A stretch of DNA of 64,000 bases from Armatimonadota bacterium (GCA_963677485.1 OY781964.1:4352001-4416000), one strand, 5' to 3'; positions 1 to 10,985 are shown, numbered from the stretch's first letter. Notes: a model not told the origin generated them from the letters alone. Made by a program: numbers and translations.

Positions 1-519
1 CTGGAGTCGCACTATCCAACGCGAAAGTCACTGATCATCCCTGCATTATGGATTGCTCAGCGGGAATATGGCGGCTGTCTGAATGAGCAGGCCATCCGTG
101 AGGTGGCTTACCGTGTTGGTGTTCCCGAAATGGAAGTGGATGGCGTGGCCAGCTTCTATACGATGTTCAACAATAAACCCGTGGGACGGATATTAATCGA
201 GGTCTGCACAAACCTCACCTGTTCCCTCTGCGGAGGGCTTGAGGTTCTAGCGCATGTTGAAAAGCGGCTGGGAATTAAGGCTGGGGAGACCACACCAGAT
301 GGCACTTACACCTTGATGGCGGTAGAGTGCGTGAATGACTGCGGTCATGCTCCGGTCATTCAAGTGGGCAACAAGTATTTTGGGGATATGACTCCGGAAA
401 AGATTGACGTCATGTTAGATATGGTCGCTGCCAGTGGAGACCAATCGGTGGTCACAATGGCTGATACCGTAGTAGCTTGTTTACTGACTGAGAAAGACCA
501 GCAGGAGATCGGAGCTTAG
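1..519 (+). CDS. nuoE: NADH-quinone oxidoreductase subunit E (5'-truncated by window edge)
   Basis: Frame is open from base 1 (LESHYPTRKSLIIPALWIAQREYGG...). It has the VASFYTMF motif and 2Fe-2S ligands CTNLTC...ECVNDC, and lies directly before nuoF. Confidence 0.95.
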   Translation: MESHYPTRKSLIIPALWIAQREYGGCLNEQAIREVAYRVGVPEMEVDGVASFYTMFNNKPVGRILIEVCTNLTCSLCGGLEVLAHVEKRLGIKAGETTPDGTYTLMAVECVNDCGHAPVIQVGNKYFGDMTPEKIDVMLDMVAASGDQSVVTMADTVVACLLTEKDQQEIGA

Positions 520-520
520 T

Positions 521-1804
521 ATGGCAGAAATTCACGTACTGAGTAGTTACCTTGATTCTCCCGGCCTGGAGAAGATAGACGCGTATACCGATCACGGCGG
601 ATATAAAGCACTTAAGAAAGTGCTGGGTATGGAACGCCAGGCCGTCATTGACGAGGTGAAAGCCTCGGGCTTGCGGGGACGTGGCGGTGCCGGATTTCCC
701 ACATGGATTAAGTGGAACGGTATACCGAAGAACACTGATCAGCCTCACTATATTCTGGCAAACGGCGATGAAGGGGAACCAGGAACCTTTAAAGACCGCG
801 AGCTGATGATTCGAAACCCTCACCAGTTGGTAGAGGGTATGATCATCGCAGGATATTGCACACTGAGTGCCTCCGGGTATGTCTATATCCGTGGCGAGTA
901 TACCGAACCGGCATCTGCTGTTCGCAAAGCTATCGATGAAGCCTACGCAGCCGGATATCTAGGATCCAACATCCTGGGTTCAGGATTTAGTTTTAATCTT
1001 TATGTTCATATGGGTGCCGGCTCTTACGAATGCGGTGAAGAGAGTGCGTTAATGAGTTCGCTTATGGGTGAACGTGGTGAACCGCGGTTGAAATTCCCGC
1101 ACGCGCCTCTGCCCACAATCAGCGGTGCCTGGAACTGCCCTTCGGTGATCAACAATGTGGAAACATATATGGCTGTCCCGCCGATCATTGCTCAGGGCGG
1201 AGCCTGGTATGCCAGCATGGGCACCGAAAAGAGCTGCGGAACAAAGATGATGAGTGTCTCCGGCCATGTGAATAAGCCGGGGAACTACGAGATTGAACTG
1301 GGCACGCCCATCAATGAGTTGCTTGAGCTTGCCGGCGGCGTGAAAGGCACACTTAAGGCCATCATACCTGGTGGTTCGTCCGTGCCGATTCTTCCTGCGG
1401 CGAAGTGCCAGTTCACTGTCGATTACGAAGGTATTCAAGCGGTTGGTTCTATGCTGGGATCCGGTGCCTGCATGGTGCTGAACGATACTGTCTGCATCGT
1501 GCGGTTTATGCAGCGTACCGCATCATTCTATGCACACGAATCCTGCGGGAAATGCACGCCATGCCGTGAAGGCACTAAGTGGATGTCCAAGATCCTGGAC
1601 CGGATCGTGGCCGGCAACGGCTGCGAGGATGACATTCAGACCCTGCTTGATGTCTGTGATCAAATTGATGGCCGTTCGTACTGTGCACTTGGTGACGCGG
1701 CTGCTTGGCCAATTAGGGCCGGCATACTGAATTACCGAGAAGAGTTCGAATATTACATCAAAAACGGGCGTTCTATGGTAGAGAACGCATGCAACAGGGC
1801 TTAA
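521..1804 (+). CDS. nuoF: NADH-quinone oxidoreductase subunit F
   Basis: Motifs SGLRGRGGAGFP, NGDEGEPGTFKDR, GAGSYECGEESAL, and N3 cluster ESCGKCTPCREG...YCALGD. Confidence 0.98.
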   Translation: MAEIHVLSSYLDSPGLEKIDAYTDHGGYKALKKVLGMERQAVIDEVKASGLRGRGGAGFPTWIKWNGIPKNTDQPHYILANGDEGEPGTFKDRELMIRNPHQLVEGMIIAGYCTLSASGYVYIRGEYTEPASAVRKAIDEAYAAGYLGSNILGSGFSFNLYVHMGAGSYECGEESALMSSLMGERGEPRLKFPHAPLPTISGAWNCPSVINNVETYMAVPPIIAQGGAWYASMGTEKSCGTKMMSVSGHVNKPGNYEIELGTPINELLELAGGVKGTLKAIIPGGSSVPILPAAKCQFTVDYEGIQAVGSMLGSGACMVLNDTVCIVRFMQRTASFYAHESCGKCTPCREGTKWMSKILDRIVAGNGCEDDIQTLLDVCDQIDGRSYCALGDAAAWPIRAGILNYREEFEYYIKNGRSMVENACNRA

Positions 1805-1828
1805 ACCCCAACCACCCGAGGTAAACTC

Positions 1829-3928
1829 ATGGCCGATGTGCCTTTAGTAAATATAGAGATCAACGGGATAGCGATCCAGGTTCCAAAAGGTGAGATGATT
1901 ATTGAATCCGCCCGACGGCTTGGTATTGAGATTCCCTACTTTTGTTACCACAAGCTGCTGGGCAGTGAACAGGCGGCGAACTGCCGTATGTGTCTGGTCG
2001 AAATCGGATCAAAAATGGCCGATGGCAGCGTGCGTATGATGCCGAAACCGCAAACAAGCTGTACGATGGCTGCGGCCGAAGGCATGGTTGTGTTGACGGA
2101 CACCGAAAAGGTGGAAAAGGCCCGTCGAGGCGTCATCGAGTTCTTATTGATCAACCATCCACTCGACTGCCCGATCTGCGACCGTGGCGGCGAATGCCCT
2201 CTGCAGAATAACACCCTTCATTTCGGAACCGACCGCAGCCGGTATTTAGAACAGAAGCGGCATCTGGCGAAAGCGATGCCGATCAGCGATTATGTGACTC
2301 TCGACCGCGAGCGTTGTATCCATTGCGCCCGCTGCACCCGCTTTACCGATGAAATATCGGGCGACGCCCAACTGGGCTTCATGAAACGCGGCAGTCATAA
2401 ATATATCACCACGATGCGGGATACCACCTTCACCTCTCGGTTCAGCGGCAATGTCGTTGAACTCTGCCCAGTCGGTGCGCTGACCAGCCGTGTTTCACGG
2501 TTCCGCTCACGCCCCTGGGATATGCAGTCGCAGAAGAGCGTATGCATGAAGTGCAGCAACGGCTGTAGCATCTGGCTGGATTACCGCCCGGGCCGCTTGA
2601 TGCGTGTGCTGGGCCGTGAGAACGTGCAGGTGAATGATGAGTGGACATGCGATAAGGGCAAGTTTGGCTACGAGGACCTGGCGAATGAGCGTCGTTTGAA
2701 GAATCCGCTGATCCGCGAAAATGGCAAATTCGTTGAGGTGAGCTGGTCTAAGGCTTATGAGACCATCGCCAAAGGGCTAAAAGCGGTCATCGACTCCGAT
2801 TCGGCAAAGGCGGTTGGTGTGATTGCAGGTTCGTCGATCACCAATGAAGGCGCTTATATACTTCGGAAGTTCGCCCAGGATGTGGTGGGCACGCCCAATA
2901 TTGGCTCTAAGATGACCCTTGGACAGTTCACATACGCTGGAAAGCCTGGCGGTGATGATGCCTCGGTGTGGATGGACCTCACCATAGCTGAGATAGAACA
3001 GGCCAAAAAGATCATTGTGATTGGCAGTGACCTGATCGATGAACAGCCCATCGTGTTCCTAAGGGTGCGGAAAGCGGCGACGAAGTTTGGTGCTAGTGTG
3101 GTATTCATCAACGAGCAGCGCACCGAGAGCAGCCAGCGCATTCATGGATGTGACGAAGTAACCGTGGGCGAGGGTGGCATCCCCGAACTGCTGACTACCC
3201 TGAAGTCACAGTTTACCTCCGCCAATGGGGCACCTGAGGTCGCGAAGATCGCAGAAATGTTCCGAAGCGAGAACACCGTCATCCTGTGTGGCTCGAAGGT
3301 TGTCGATAGTGCTTCATATCCTGAGTTGGCTGAGGCGGTGAAGACCATCGCCGAACACAACGGTGCGAAAGTCGGCATGATGCTGCCGGAATCCAATAGT
3401 TACGCAATGGGGATTCTAGGCATCACTCCCGGTGAGGGAGCCATGGGCACGGAGCAGATGCTGCACTCGGCAGCGGCTGGGAACTTGAAAGCGCTTATTG
3501 TAGATAGCTGTGATCTGTTGAACCGCTACTCAGATAGGTCTTTGGTGGACTCTGCACTCAGCCAGGTATCACTGCTGGTGGTTCGAGATACCTCTCTGAC
3601 CGAAACAGCCGAGTATGCAGATGTGGTGCTTCCTGCCGCGCCGCTGCCTGAGTTGGAAGGCACGGTCACGAACATCGAAGGCCGCGTTCAGCAGATACGC
3701 AAAGCTTACGAAGCGATCGGCTTCGACACTCGGTCAGCCATGCAGTGCTATTCTGAGCTGTCAGTTTACCTTGGCAAATCATTGGCTGTGTTTACAGCCT
3801 CGGATGTGCTGGACGAAATCGCCCGTGTTGTTCCTGAATTCGAAGGAATTAGCTCAAAATCTATAGCTGGCGTTGGTCAACTACTTCATAAACCTAATGT
3901 AGACAAGGTGGCACCAGATGAGAATTAG
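1829..3928 (+). CDS. nuoG: NADH-quinone oxidoreductase subunit G
   Basis: Motifs IPYFCYH, NCRMCLVE, NHPLDCPICDRGGECPLQ, RCIHCARCTRF, and N7-type CMKCSNGC...TCDKGKF. Confidence 0.97.
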   Translation: MADVPLVNIEINGIAIQVPKGEMIIESARRLGIEIPYFCYHKLLGSEQAANCRMCLVEIGSKMADGSVRMMPKPQTSCTMAAAEGMVVLTDTEKVEKARRGVIEFLLINHPLDCPICDRGGECPLQNNTLHFGTDRSRYLEQKRHLAKAMPISDYVTLDRERCIHCARCTRFTDEISGDAQLGFMKRGSHKYITTMRDTTFTSRFSGNVVELCPVGALTSRVSRFRSRPWDMQSQKSVCMKCSNGCSIWLDYRPGRLMRVLGRENVQVNDEWTCDKGKFGYEDLANERRLKNPLIRENGKFVEVSWSKAYETIAKGLKAVIDSDSAKAVGVIAGSSITNEGAYILRKFAQDVVGTPNIGSKMTLGQFTYAGKPGGDDASVWMDLTIAEIEQAKKIIVIGSDLIDEQPIVFLRVRKAATKFGASVVFINEQRTESSQRIHGCDEVTVGEGGIPELLTTLKSQFTSANGAPEVAKIAEMFRSENTVILCGSKVVDSASYPELAEAVKTIAEHNGAKVGMMLPESNSYAMGILGITPGEGAMGTEQMLHSAAAGNLKALIVDSCDLLNRYSDRSLVDSALSQVSLLVVRDTSLTETAEYADVVLPAAPLPELEGTVTNIEGRVQQIRKAYEAIGFDTRSAMQCYSELSVYLGKSLAVFTASDVLDEIARVVPEFEGISSKSIAGVGQLLHKPNVDKVAPDEN

Positions 3929-3964
3929 GACCGCCTTTCACATGAATAAACTGAGGTCACGCGA

Positions 3965-5005
3965 TTGTTAAACCAGATGCTTAGCAATCCATGGATCGTA
4001 ATTCCGATACGGATACTGATCGTCTTCGGCTTCGTATTGGGTTTTGTGCCGTTTCTGGTGTGGATTGAAAGGCGTGTGTTAGCCTTATTCCAACTACGGA
4101 AAGGGCCGAACCGAGTCGGAGTGGCTGGTTCGATGCAGTCATTCGCTGACGGCATCAAACTGTTCTTTAAAGAAGACATCATCCCGTCCAAGGTAGATTA
4201 CTTAATCTACTATCTGGCACCGATCCTGTTCTTGACTACCTCTCTGGCGGCCACAGCGGTAATCCCCTGGGGTTATGATCGACGCCTTAGCCCAATCGCC
4301 TCTGACATAGCTGGTGCGGATGTCAATATCGGCATCTTGTTTTTGCTGGGCATGGCCTCGCTGACCACGTACGGTGTGATCTTTGCAGGATGGGCATCCA
4401 ACAACAAGTATTCCTTGTTGGGCGGACTCCGCGGTTCTGCACAGTCTATCTCCTATGAGCTTTCGATGGGGCTGACGATCGTGGCTGTGGTGTTGATGAG
4501 CGGATCGCTCTCTCTGCGAACCATCGTGGAAAACCAGGCTGGCTCGATGTTACACTGGCACTTCCTTCAGTTTTTCCCCTTAGGGTTGATCTCCATGGGG
4601 ATATATATGATCTCGATGCTGGCTGAGACCAACCGGGCACCGTTCGATCTACCGGAAGCTGAGACTGAGCTGATTGGCGGCTACCATACTGAATACACCT
4701 CGATGAAATTCGCGATGTATTTCATGGGTGAGTATGCCAACATGATCGTCATCTCTTCGATCATGGTCTGCCTGTTCTTTGGCGGCTGGTATCCACCGAT
4801 ACCTGCCCTGTCGTTCATTCCCGGCCCGATCTGGTTCACTGCGAAGCTGTTTGCATTCCTCTACCTGTTCATCTGGGTGCGAGCCACACTGCCTCGACTC
4901 AGATTTGACATGCTGATGCGTTTTGGCTGGATACGGCTATTGCCTATTGCCTTGGTGAACCTCTTCCTGGTGGCATCATGGTTACTGATCAGGTGGGGTA
5001 AATAA
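3965..5005 (+). CDS. nuoH: NADH-quinone oxidoreductase subunit H (start may be ATG at 3977)
   Basis: Motifs ERRVLALFQLRKGPNRVG, DGIKLFFKEDIIP, AETNRAPFDLPEAE, RATLPRLRFD. Confidence 0.97.
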   Translation: MLNQMLSNPWIVIPIRILIVFGFVLGFVPFLVWIERRVLALFQLRKGPNRVGVAGSMQSFADGIKLFFKEDIIPSKVDYLIYYLAPILFLTTSLAATAVIPWGYDRRLSPIASDIAGADVNIGILFLLGMASLTTYGVIFAGWASNNKYSLLGGLRGSAQSISYELSMGLTIVAVVLMSGSLSLRTIVENQAGSMLHWHFLQFFPLGLISMGIYMISMLAETNRAPFDLPEAETELIGGYHTEYTSMKFAMYFMGEYANMIVISSIMVCLFFGGWYPPIPALSFIPGPIWFTAKLFAFLYLFIWVRATLPRLRFDMLMRFGWIRLLPIALVNLFLVASWLLIRWGK

Positions 5006-5006
5006 C

Positions 5007-5513
5007 ATGCAGATACTGCTTTTTTCTTTGATGGCTTTGGTGATTGTGGTGTGCTGCATCGGGGTGGTAGCCACAAAGAACCCGGTCCGTGCTGCCTTAA
5101 TGCTGGTGTCCAACTTCATTGCGCTGGCTGTGTTATATGTCATGCTGTTTGCCCAGTTTGTGGCTGCTGCTCAGGTGATCGTATATGCGGGTGCCATCAT
5201 GGTGCTGTTTGTGTTCACCATTATGCTGCTGAATCTATCAGGCGACACCCCATTGAGTTCGCCAGGCAGCCTGCGCACACCATTCGTGGTGGGGCTTGGC
5301 TCGATGATGTTCGTGGTGATCACACTTGGTGTATTCAGGTATTTTAGTAACGCAGCGTCGGTCAGCCAGGACACCACAAATAATGTAGGCACTGTCGAGA
5401 CGGTGGGTAAGTTCCTCTTCACGAAATGGGTCTATCCATTTGAACTCACCTCCATATTGCTACTGGTGGCTGTCATAGGTGCCGTAGTAATGGCCAAAAG
5501 GAGGATCGACTAG
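5007..5513 (+). CDS. nuoJ: NADH-quinone oxidoreductase subunit J
   Basis: Motifs [45 protein letters not shown]. Confidence 0.96.
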   Translation: MQILLFSLMALVIVVCCIGVVATKNPVRAALMLVSNFIALAVLYVMLFAQFVAAAQVIVYAGAIMVLFVFTIMLLNLSGDTPLSSPGSLRTPFVVGLGSMMFVVITLGVFRYFSNAASVSQDTTNNVGTVETVGKFLFTKWVYPFELTSILLLVAVIGAVVMAKRRID

Positions 5514-5854
5514 TGAATCTCCAGCAAATACTCGCCATGCCGGTGCCAATCTGGGCTTATCTTTCACTGAGTGCATTCATGTTCACCATGGGTGTGATCG
5601 GTGTGGTTGTGAAGCGCAACCCCATCGTCATCTTCATGTGTATTGAACTGATGCTGAATGCGGCGAACCTGGCGTTCCTGGCTTTTGCCCGATTACACGC
5701 CGACTTCGCTACACAGGTCTCAGGACAGATGTTCGTGATCTTCGTGATGGCGGTTGCGGCGGCTGAAGTGGCGGTGGGCTTAGGCATCATCGTGGCTGTG
5801 TACCGGCTACGCCATACCATTGATATCGACGAGATGAATCTACTGAAATTCTAG
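5513..5854 (+). CDS. nuoK: NADH-quinone oxidoreductase subunit K
   Basis: Motifs [19 protein letters not shown] and [11 protein letters not shown]. Confidence 0.97.
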   Translation: MNLQQILAMPVPIWAYLSLSAFMFTMGVIGVVVKRNPIVIFMCIELMLNAANLAFLAFARLHADFATQVSGQMFVIFVMAVAAAEVAVGLGIIVAVYRLRHTIDIDEMNLLKF

Positions 5855-5865
5855 GAGCCCACAAG

Positions 5866-7899
5866 GTGAACCCTTTCAATATAGCTTGGTTAGTGATTGC
5901 CCTGCCACTGCTCGGGTTCCTTTTTCACGCCTTCTTTGGGAAGATGGTCGGAAAAAGGATCGTGGGCATTGTAGGGAGCCTATTGGTTTTTGGCTCCTTC
6001 GGCATTGGCTTGCATCTGTTATCTTTGCTACTGCAGCGACCGGATCACGATCGGCAGGTAATATCTACCATGGCCGACTGGATCACGGTAGGGAAGTTTC
6101 ATATACCTTTTGAACTGCTGATTGACCCGCTTTCATTACTCATGGTGCTGATTGTCACCGGCGTGGGCGGATTGATACATGTCTATTCCACCGGCTATAT
6201 GGCTGATGACCAGGATTATGCCAGGTTCTTTACATACCTGAACCTGTTCATTTCGATGATGTTGACATTGGTATTAGCGAATAACCTGGTCTTGATGTTC
6301 GTCGGCTGGGAGGGTGTAGGGCTGTGTTCATACCTTCTGATCGGTTTTTGGTATAACCATAAAGCGAATGCATTAGCCGCAAATAAGGCCTTTATCGTCA
6401 ACCGTGTCGGTGACTTTGGCTTCATGCTGGCCATATTCGTCGCCTTCACGATGTTTGGCACCGTCTCATTCATCGGAACGAATGGCCAGGAAGGCATGTT
6501 TGCCAAGGCACTTTCGATGAACGCAGCTGGAGCATTGAGCGTGTCCGGCATTACAGCACTTGCGTTACTGATGTTCTTTGGTGCCACTGGCAAGAGTGCG
6601 CAGTTCCCTCTATACTTCTGGTTGCCTGACGCCATGGCAGGCCCAACGCCTGTTTCTGCACTAATCCATGCTGCCACTATGGTGACGGCTGGTGTGGTGT
6701 TGGTGACACGCTGCCACGTGTTCTTCTTGTTGGCACCAACCGCGATGATGACGGTAGCCATCATCGGCGCGTTCACCGCAGTGTTCGCTGCTTCCATCGC
6801 AATCTGCCAGAACGACATCAAGAAGGTGCTGGCATATTCCACCGTCAGCCAGATAGGATATATGTTCCTGGCTTGCGGAGTGGGTGCGTTTGCGACTGGT
6901 ATGTTCCATGTGACCACGCACGCCTTCTTTAAGGCTTTGCTGTTCCTTGGGGCCGGTGCCGTGATTTACTCGATGCATCACCAGCAGGACATGCGGGTTT
7001 ATGGCGGTCTCAAGACGAAGTTAAAAATCACTTTTACGACCATGATGTGCGGCTGGCTGGCGATTTGCGGGATACCGCCTTTCGCTGGATTCTTCTCTAA
7101 AGATGAAATCCTGGCGAAAGTATACGGCAGCCACGTCGCCGGTTTCGGCAATGTGGCGGTGATTCTGTGGGCTGTGGGCTTGATTACCGCGGTCATGACC
7201 GCGTTCTATATGACACGCCTGATGTCACTGACTTTCTTCGGCGAACCCCGTTGGAATGATAAGTTTGCCGAGGTGCCTGTAGATGACAGTCACGACGCGA
7301 GCCACGACCATCATGCAGCCGAGGAGCCGAAGGATGCGCCGATGTCTATGATGGTACCGCTGATGATACTGGCGGTGTTATCTGTGGTCGGCGGCTTCAT
7401 GGGCGGTTTTGCTCTGTTCAACATACCGAATCTGTTCGAGGCTTTCCTGGAGCCATCTGCTGCCAGTCCAGAGCTGATGGGGGGGCTTGCTGCCCATCTT
7501 TCCCATAACGTGGAGCTGGCACTAGTGATGGCATCCATCATTGGGGCTGTTTTGGGGCTGATGATCGGCTTAGCCAGATACAAGGGTGTGCCTACCAACG
7601 AGCGCGAAACCAAGGGGCTGCGCGGTTGGGCGGCACGGCAGTATGGCTACGACAACCTGATCACCAATACCCTCGGCTGTAAGCTTGGCAACGGGATCGG
7701 AAATATCATGTGGCAGTGGGTAGATGCAACCATCATCGACGGTGCTGTGAATGGTATTGGTTTGGTCATATCGTGGGTTGGAGAGCAGGTTCGCAAACTG
7801 CAAAATGGGCGTATTCGTGACTATGCCATGGCCATGATGATTGGGGCCGTCGTATTGCTGCTGTGGATACTTATCTCGGGCAGCCGTGTGGGGTTATAA
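5866..7899 (+). CDS. nuoL: NADH-quinone oxidoreductase subunit L
   Basis: Motifs GWEGVGLCSYLLIGFW, GKSAQFPLYFWLPDAMAGPTPVSALIHAATMV, DIKKVLAYST. Confidence 0.98.
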   Translation: MNPFNIAWLVIALPLLGFLFHAFFGKMVGKRIVGIVGSLLVFGSFGIGLHLLSLLLQRPDHDRQVISTMADWITVGKFHIPFELLIDPLSLLMVLIVTGVGGLIHVYSTGYMADDQDYARFFTYLNLFISMMLTLVLANNLVLMFVGWEGVGLCSYLLIGFWYNHKANALAANKAFIVNRVGDFGFMLAIFVAFTMFGTVSFIGTNGQEGMFAKALSMNAAGALSVSGITALALLMFFGATGKSAQFPLYFWLPDAMAGPTPVSALIHAATMVTAGVVLVTRCHVFFLLAPTAMMTVAIIGAFTAVFAASIAICQNDIKKVLAYSTVSQIGYMFLACGVGAFATGMFHVTTHAFFKALLFLGAGAVIYSMHHQQDMRVYGGLKTKLKITFTTMMCGWLAICGIPPFAGFFSKDEILAKVYGSHVAGFGNVAVILWAVGLITAVMTAFYMTRLMSLTFFGEPRWNDKFAEVPVDDSHDASHDHHAAEEPKDAPMSMMVPLMILAVLSVVGGFMGGFALFNIPNLFEAFLEPSAASPELMGGLAAHLSHNVELALVMASIIGAVLGLMIGLARYKGVPTNERETKGLRGWAARQYGYDNLITNTLGCKLGNGIGNIMWQWVDATIIDGAVNGIGLVISWVGEQVRKLQNGRIRDYAMAMMIGAVVLLLWILISGSRVGL

Positions 7900-7911
7900 C
7901 CATGAAGGCTT

Positions 7912-9492
7912 TTGAAAGGAGTTCACAGCAAGATCATGCTTGATAATAGATCAATCATAACCGCCCTTACCTTTCTGCCGCTGGTTTTTGCCCTGCTGGT
8001 GTTGGTAGTGCCAAACGAGCAGGTGAAGGGGATTCGTACCGTAGCCATGCTGGGCACCGTGGCCAATTTCGTGCTCAGTATTTTGATGCTGATAGGATTC
8101 GATGGGAATACGGCGCGGATGCAGTTCCAACAGTCGGTGCCATGGATACCCAACTTTGGTATTAACTACCATGTTGGAATTGACGGCATCAGCCTCTGGC
8201 TGATAATGTTGACGACCTTCCTGTCGGTCATAGTGGTTGGCTTCTCGTTTAACATCAAGGTCAGAGTTAAAGAGTATATGTTCTTCATGCTGTTGTTACA
8301 GACGGGCATGATCGGCGTGTTTGTTTCCCTTGACTTGATCCTGTTTTACCTCTTCTGGGAAGCGATGCTGATCCCGATGTATTTCTTGATCGGTATCTGG
8401 GGTGGGGAACGACGCATCTACGCCTCGCTGAAGTTCTTCCTGTACACCTTCTTCGGAAGCGTGTTGATGTTGATAGCCATCATCAGTTTGTACAATCTGA
8501 CGGGCGCCAGAACATTTGATCTGGTGGAGATACAAAACCAGCTCGCGACTCAGGGGTTGCCTCATGCCCAGGAAATGTGGCTGTTCGCCGCCTTTGCACT
8601 CGCCTTTGCTATCAAAGTTCCTATGTTTCCCTTCCATACATGGCTGCCAGATGCTCACGTTGAGGCTCCAACGGCTGGATCTGTGATCCTGGCCGGTGTG
8701 CTGCTCAAGATGGGCACCTATGGCTTCATGCGCTTCTGTCTACCACTCTTCCCTGATGCCTCACAGGCGGCGGCAGGAGTGATCATGACCATTGCTGTGA
8801 TTGGGATCATCTATGGAGCGATAGTGGCCACCGTTCAGCCTGATATGAAGAAGCTGGTCGCCTACTCCTCAGTCAGCCACCTTGGGTTTGTGATGCTTGG
8901 TCTGTTTGCTCTGAATGAGCAGGGACTGACGGGCAGCCTGATACAACAGGTCAACCATGGTATCAGCACTGGCGCTTTATTCCTTCTGGTTGGATTTGTA
9001 TACGAACGACGCCACACCAGAATGATCGAAGACTATGGCGGGCTGAAGCGCGTGATGCCGTTATACGCGGCCTGCTTCATGATCATCATGTTGAGCTCCA
9101 TCGGTTTGCCCGGCACGAACGGCTTTATCGGCGAGATACTGTGTCTGCTGGGCGGGTTCCAAGCCAACTCTGTGCTTGGTATACTGGGTGCCACCGGTTT
9201 GGTGTTGGGTGCAGTCTACATGCTGTGGATGTTCCAGCGCGTGTTTTACGGCAAGGCTGAAGGGGCGAACTTGAAGATGAAAGACCTGAACTATGGCGAA
9301 CTGGCTATGATCATTCCACTCATCATCATGGTGTTTTGGATTGGACTCCGGCCAGGTTACTTCATCGACAAGATGCGTCCATCGATCAATAACATGATCA
9401 TGCAGAAAGAAAAGCGCATTGACGCCACATGGAAGAGCCTTGAATCATCGATGCCATCCGGTACTCCAAAAGATACGGAGGTGGCCAATTGA
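7912..9492 (+). CDS. nuoM: NADH-quinone oxidoreductase subunit M (true start probably ATG at 7936)
   Basis: Motifs FWEAMLIPMYFLIGIWG, AIKVPMFPFHTWLPDAHVEAPT, DMKKLVAYSSVSH. A GAAAGGAG Shine-Dalgarno precedes the internal ATG. Confidence 0.97.
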   Translation: MKGVHSKIMLDNRSIITALTFLPLVFALLVLVVPNEQVKGIRTVAMLGTVANFVLSILMLIGFDGNTARMQFQQSVPWIPNFGINYHVGIDGISLWLIMLTTFLSVIVVGFSFNIKVRVKEYMFFMLLLQTGMIGVFVSLDLILFYLFWEAMLIPMYFLIGIWGGERRIYASLKFFLYTFFGSVLMLIAIISLYNLTGARTFDLVEIQNQLATQGLPHAQEMWLFAAFALAFAIKVPMFPFHTWLPDAHVEAPTAGSVILAGVLLKMGTYGFMRFCLPLFPDASQAAAGVIMTIAVIGIIYGAIVATVQPDMKKLVAYSSVSHLGFVMLGLFALNEQGLTGSLIQQVNHGISTGALFLLVGFVYERRHTRMIEDYGGLKRVMPLYAACFMIIMLSSIGLPGTNGFIGEILCLLGGFQANSVLGILGATGLVLGAVYMLWMFQRVFYGKAEGANLKMKDLNYGELAMIIPLIIMVFWIGLRPGYFIDKMRPSINNMIMQKEKRIDATWKSLESSMPSGTPKDTEVAN

Positions 9493-10985
9493 AAACTCCT
9501 GCTGTGGACTGGGCTACTATTTCACCAGAGGTCGTGCTGTCCGTATTCGCCATGGTTGTGTTATTGATGGGCACCACCATCAAAAAGGCGTATCGCAATG
9601 TATTACTGACCATCGTCAGTGCTATTGGTGTGCTTACGACGGCCTACCTCACCATCCGACTGTGGACTAAAGAATACTCACCCGGGTTTGATGGCACCTT
9701 CAACCTTGACCAATTCGCGATTGCGATGACGGTCATCATACTCTTGGCGACGTTCATTGCCGTGTTGATGGCACATCCCTACATGACCCGAAAAAACAGC
9801 GATGTGCCCGAATACTATGCGCTGCTATTGCTTAGTTCCGTGGGTGGTCTAGTGATGGTCAGCAGCACCAACCTGATGGTGATTTTCATCGGGTTGGAAA
9901 TACTGTCTATTTCAATGTATGTTCTGGCTGGGTTGAGCCGCACTGAGCCGAAGTCAGAAGAGGCCGCTCTGAAATACTTCCTTTTAGGAGCATTTGCCTC
10001 CGGCTTTTTGATCTATGGCATCGCGATGCTTTACGGAGCATGCGGCACGGTGGACCTGCATCTGCTGCGCGGTGTGATGAATGGACCCATGGCTGATCCC
10101 GGGTATCGCGGGTTATTATTCATGGCTGGATGCGCATTTGTGCTGGTAGGGCTTGGCTTCAAGGCTGCATTGGTGCCATTTCAAATGTGGACACCCGATG
10201 TGTATGAAGGAGCACCGACCTCTGCGGCAGCCTATCTGGCCTCTGCGGCGAAAGCCTGTGCGTTTGCTGTGCTCTTTAGGTTTGTTCTGGCGACCATCGG
10301 CTTCGGCGTGGCTTCGCAGGTCATACTGGGGATATTAGCCATCCTGGCCATGATCACGATGACTGTGGGCAACGTGGTTGCTCTACGGCAGACCAGTATC
10401 AAGCGGATGCTGGCTTACTCGAGTATCGCCCACGCGGGTTATCTGGCGGTCGGTGTGGCGGCGACTCAGAGTGCAGCACAGATCAGCGCGCCTGCCATCT
10501 TGTTCTATATGGGTGCTTACACGCTGATGACCATGGGTGCCTTTGCTGTGGCGTCGATGTTGTTCCATGACGGACAGGAGACCAGCGAGATCACCGATTT
10601 AGCCGGTCTCTACAAGAGGAATGCGGCGCTGGCTGCTGCGATGAGCATATTTATGTTCTCGCTGGCCGGTATACCTGGCACTGCAGGATTCATGGGCAAG
10701 TTCATGCTGTTCCAGTCCGCACTTTCTGTGCCGGGCATCGGTCTGGTGATGGCGATCACCTTGGCGGTCAACAGCGTGATCTCGGCGTATTACTATCTGA
10801 GGGTCATCGTCACGATGTACTTCCAGGAAAGCGATCGACCCGCCTTTAAGGTAGCTGGGTTTGGGGTGTCGCTTGCTGTCTTGATCTGTGTGGTCTGCAC
10901 CATATTCTTTGGTTTGTATCCAATACCCCTCAACTACCTGCAGGAAATCGGCCGACAGATTGCATCGAGTACCACTGCGTTCTAG
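9489..10985 (+). CDS. nuoN: NADH-quinone oxidoreductase subunit N
   Basis: Motifs SEEAALKYFLLGAFAS, FKAALVPFQMWTPDVYEGAPT, KRMLAYSSIAHAGY. Overlaps the nuoM stop. Confidence 0.97.
   Translation: MKTPAVDWATISPEVVLSVFAMVVLLMGTTIKKAYRNVLLTIVSAIGVLTTAYLTIRLWTKEYSPGFDGTFNLDQFAIAMTVIILLATFIAVLMAHPYMTRKNSDVPEYYALLLLSSVGGLVMVSSTNLMVIFIGLEILSISMYVLAGLSRTEPKSEEAALKYFLLGAFASGFLIYGIAMLYGACGTVDLHLLRGVMNGPMADPGYRGLLFMAGCAFVLVGLGFKAALVPFQMWTPDVYEGAPTSAAAYLASAAKACAFAVLFRFVLATIGFGVASQVILGILAILAMITMTVGNVVALRQTSIKRMLAYSSIAHAGYLAVGVAATQSAAQISAPAILFYMGAYTLMTMGAFAVASMLFHDGQETSEITDLAGLYKRNAALAAAMSIFMFSLAGIPGTAGFMGKFMLFQSALSVPGIGLVMAITLAVNSVISAYYYLRVIVTMYFQESDRPAFKVAGFGVSLAVLICVVCTIFFGLYPIPLNYLQEIGRQIASSTTAF

Noticed and set aside
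6216-6917. Long antisense ORFs (here and at 11737, 22871, 34230, 36734)
   Set aside because: These are shadows of well-supported genes on the opposite strand and have no motifs of their own.
7281-7330. His-rich stretch in NuoL (DDSHDASHDHHA)
   Set aside because: His-rich loops at this position are common in NuoL.
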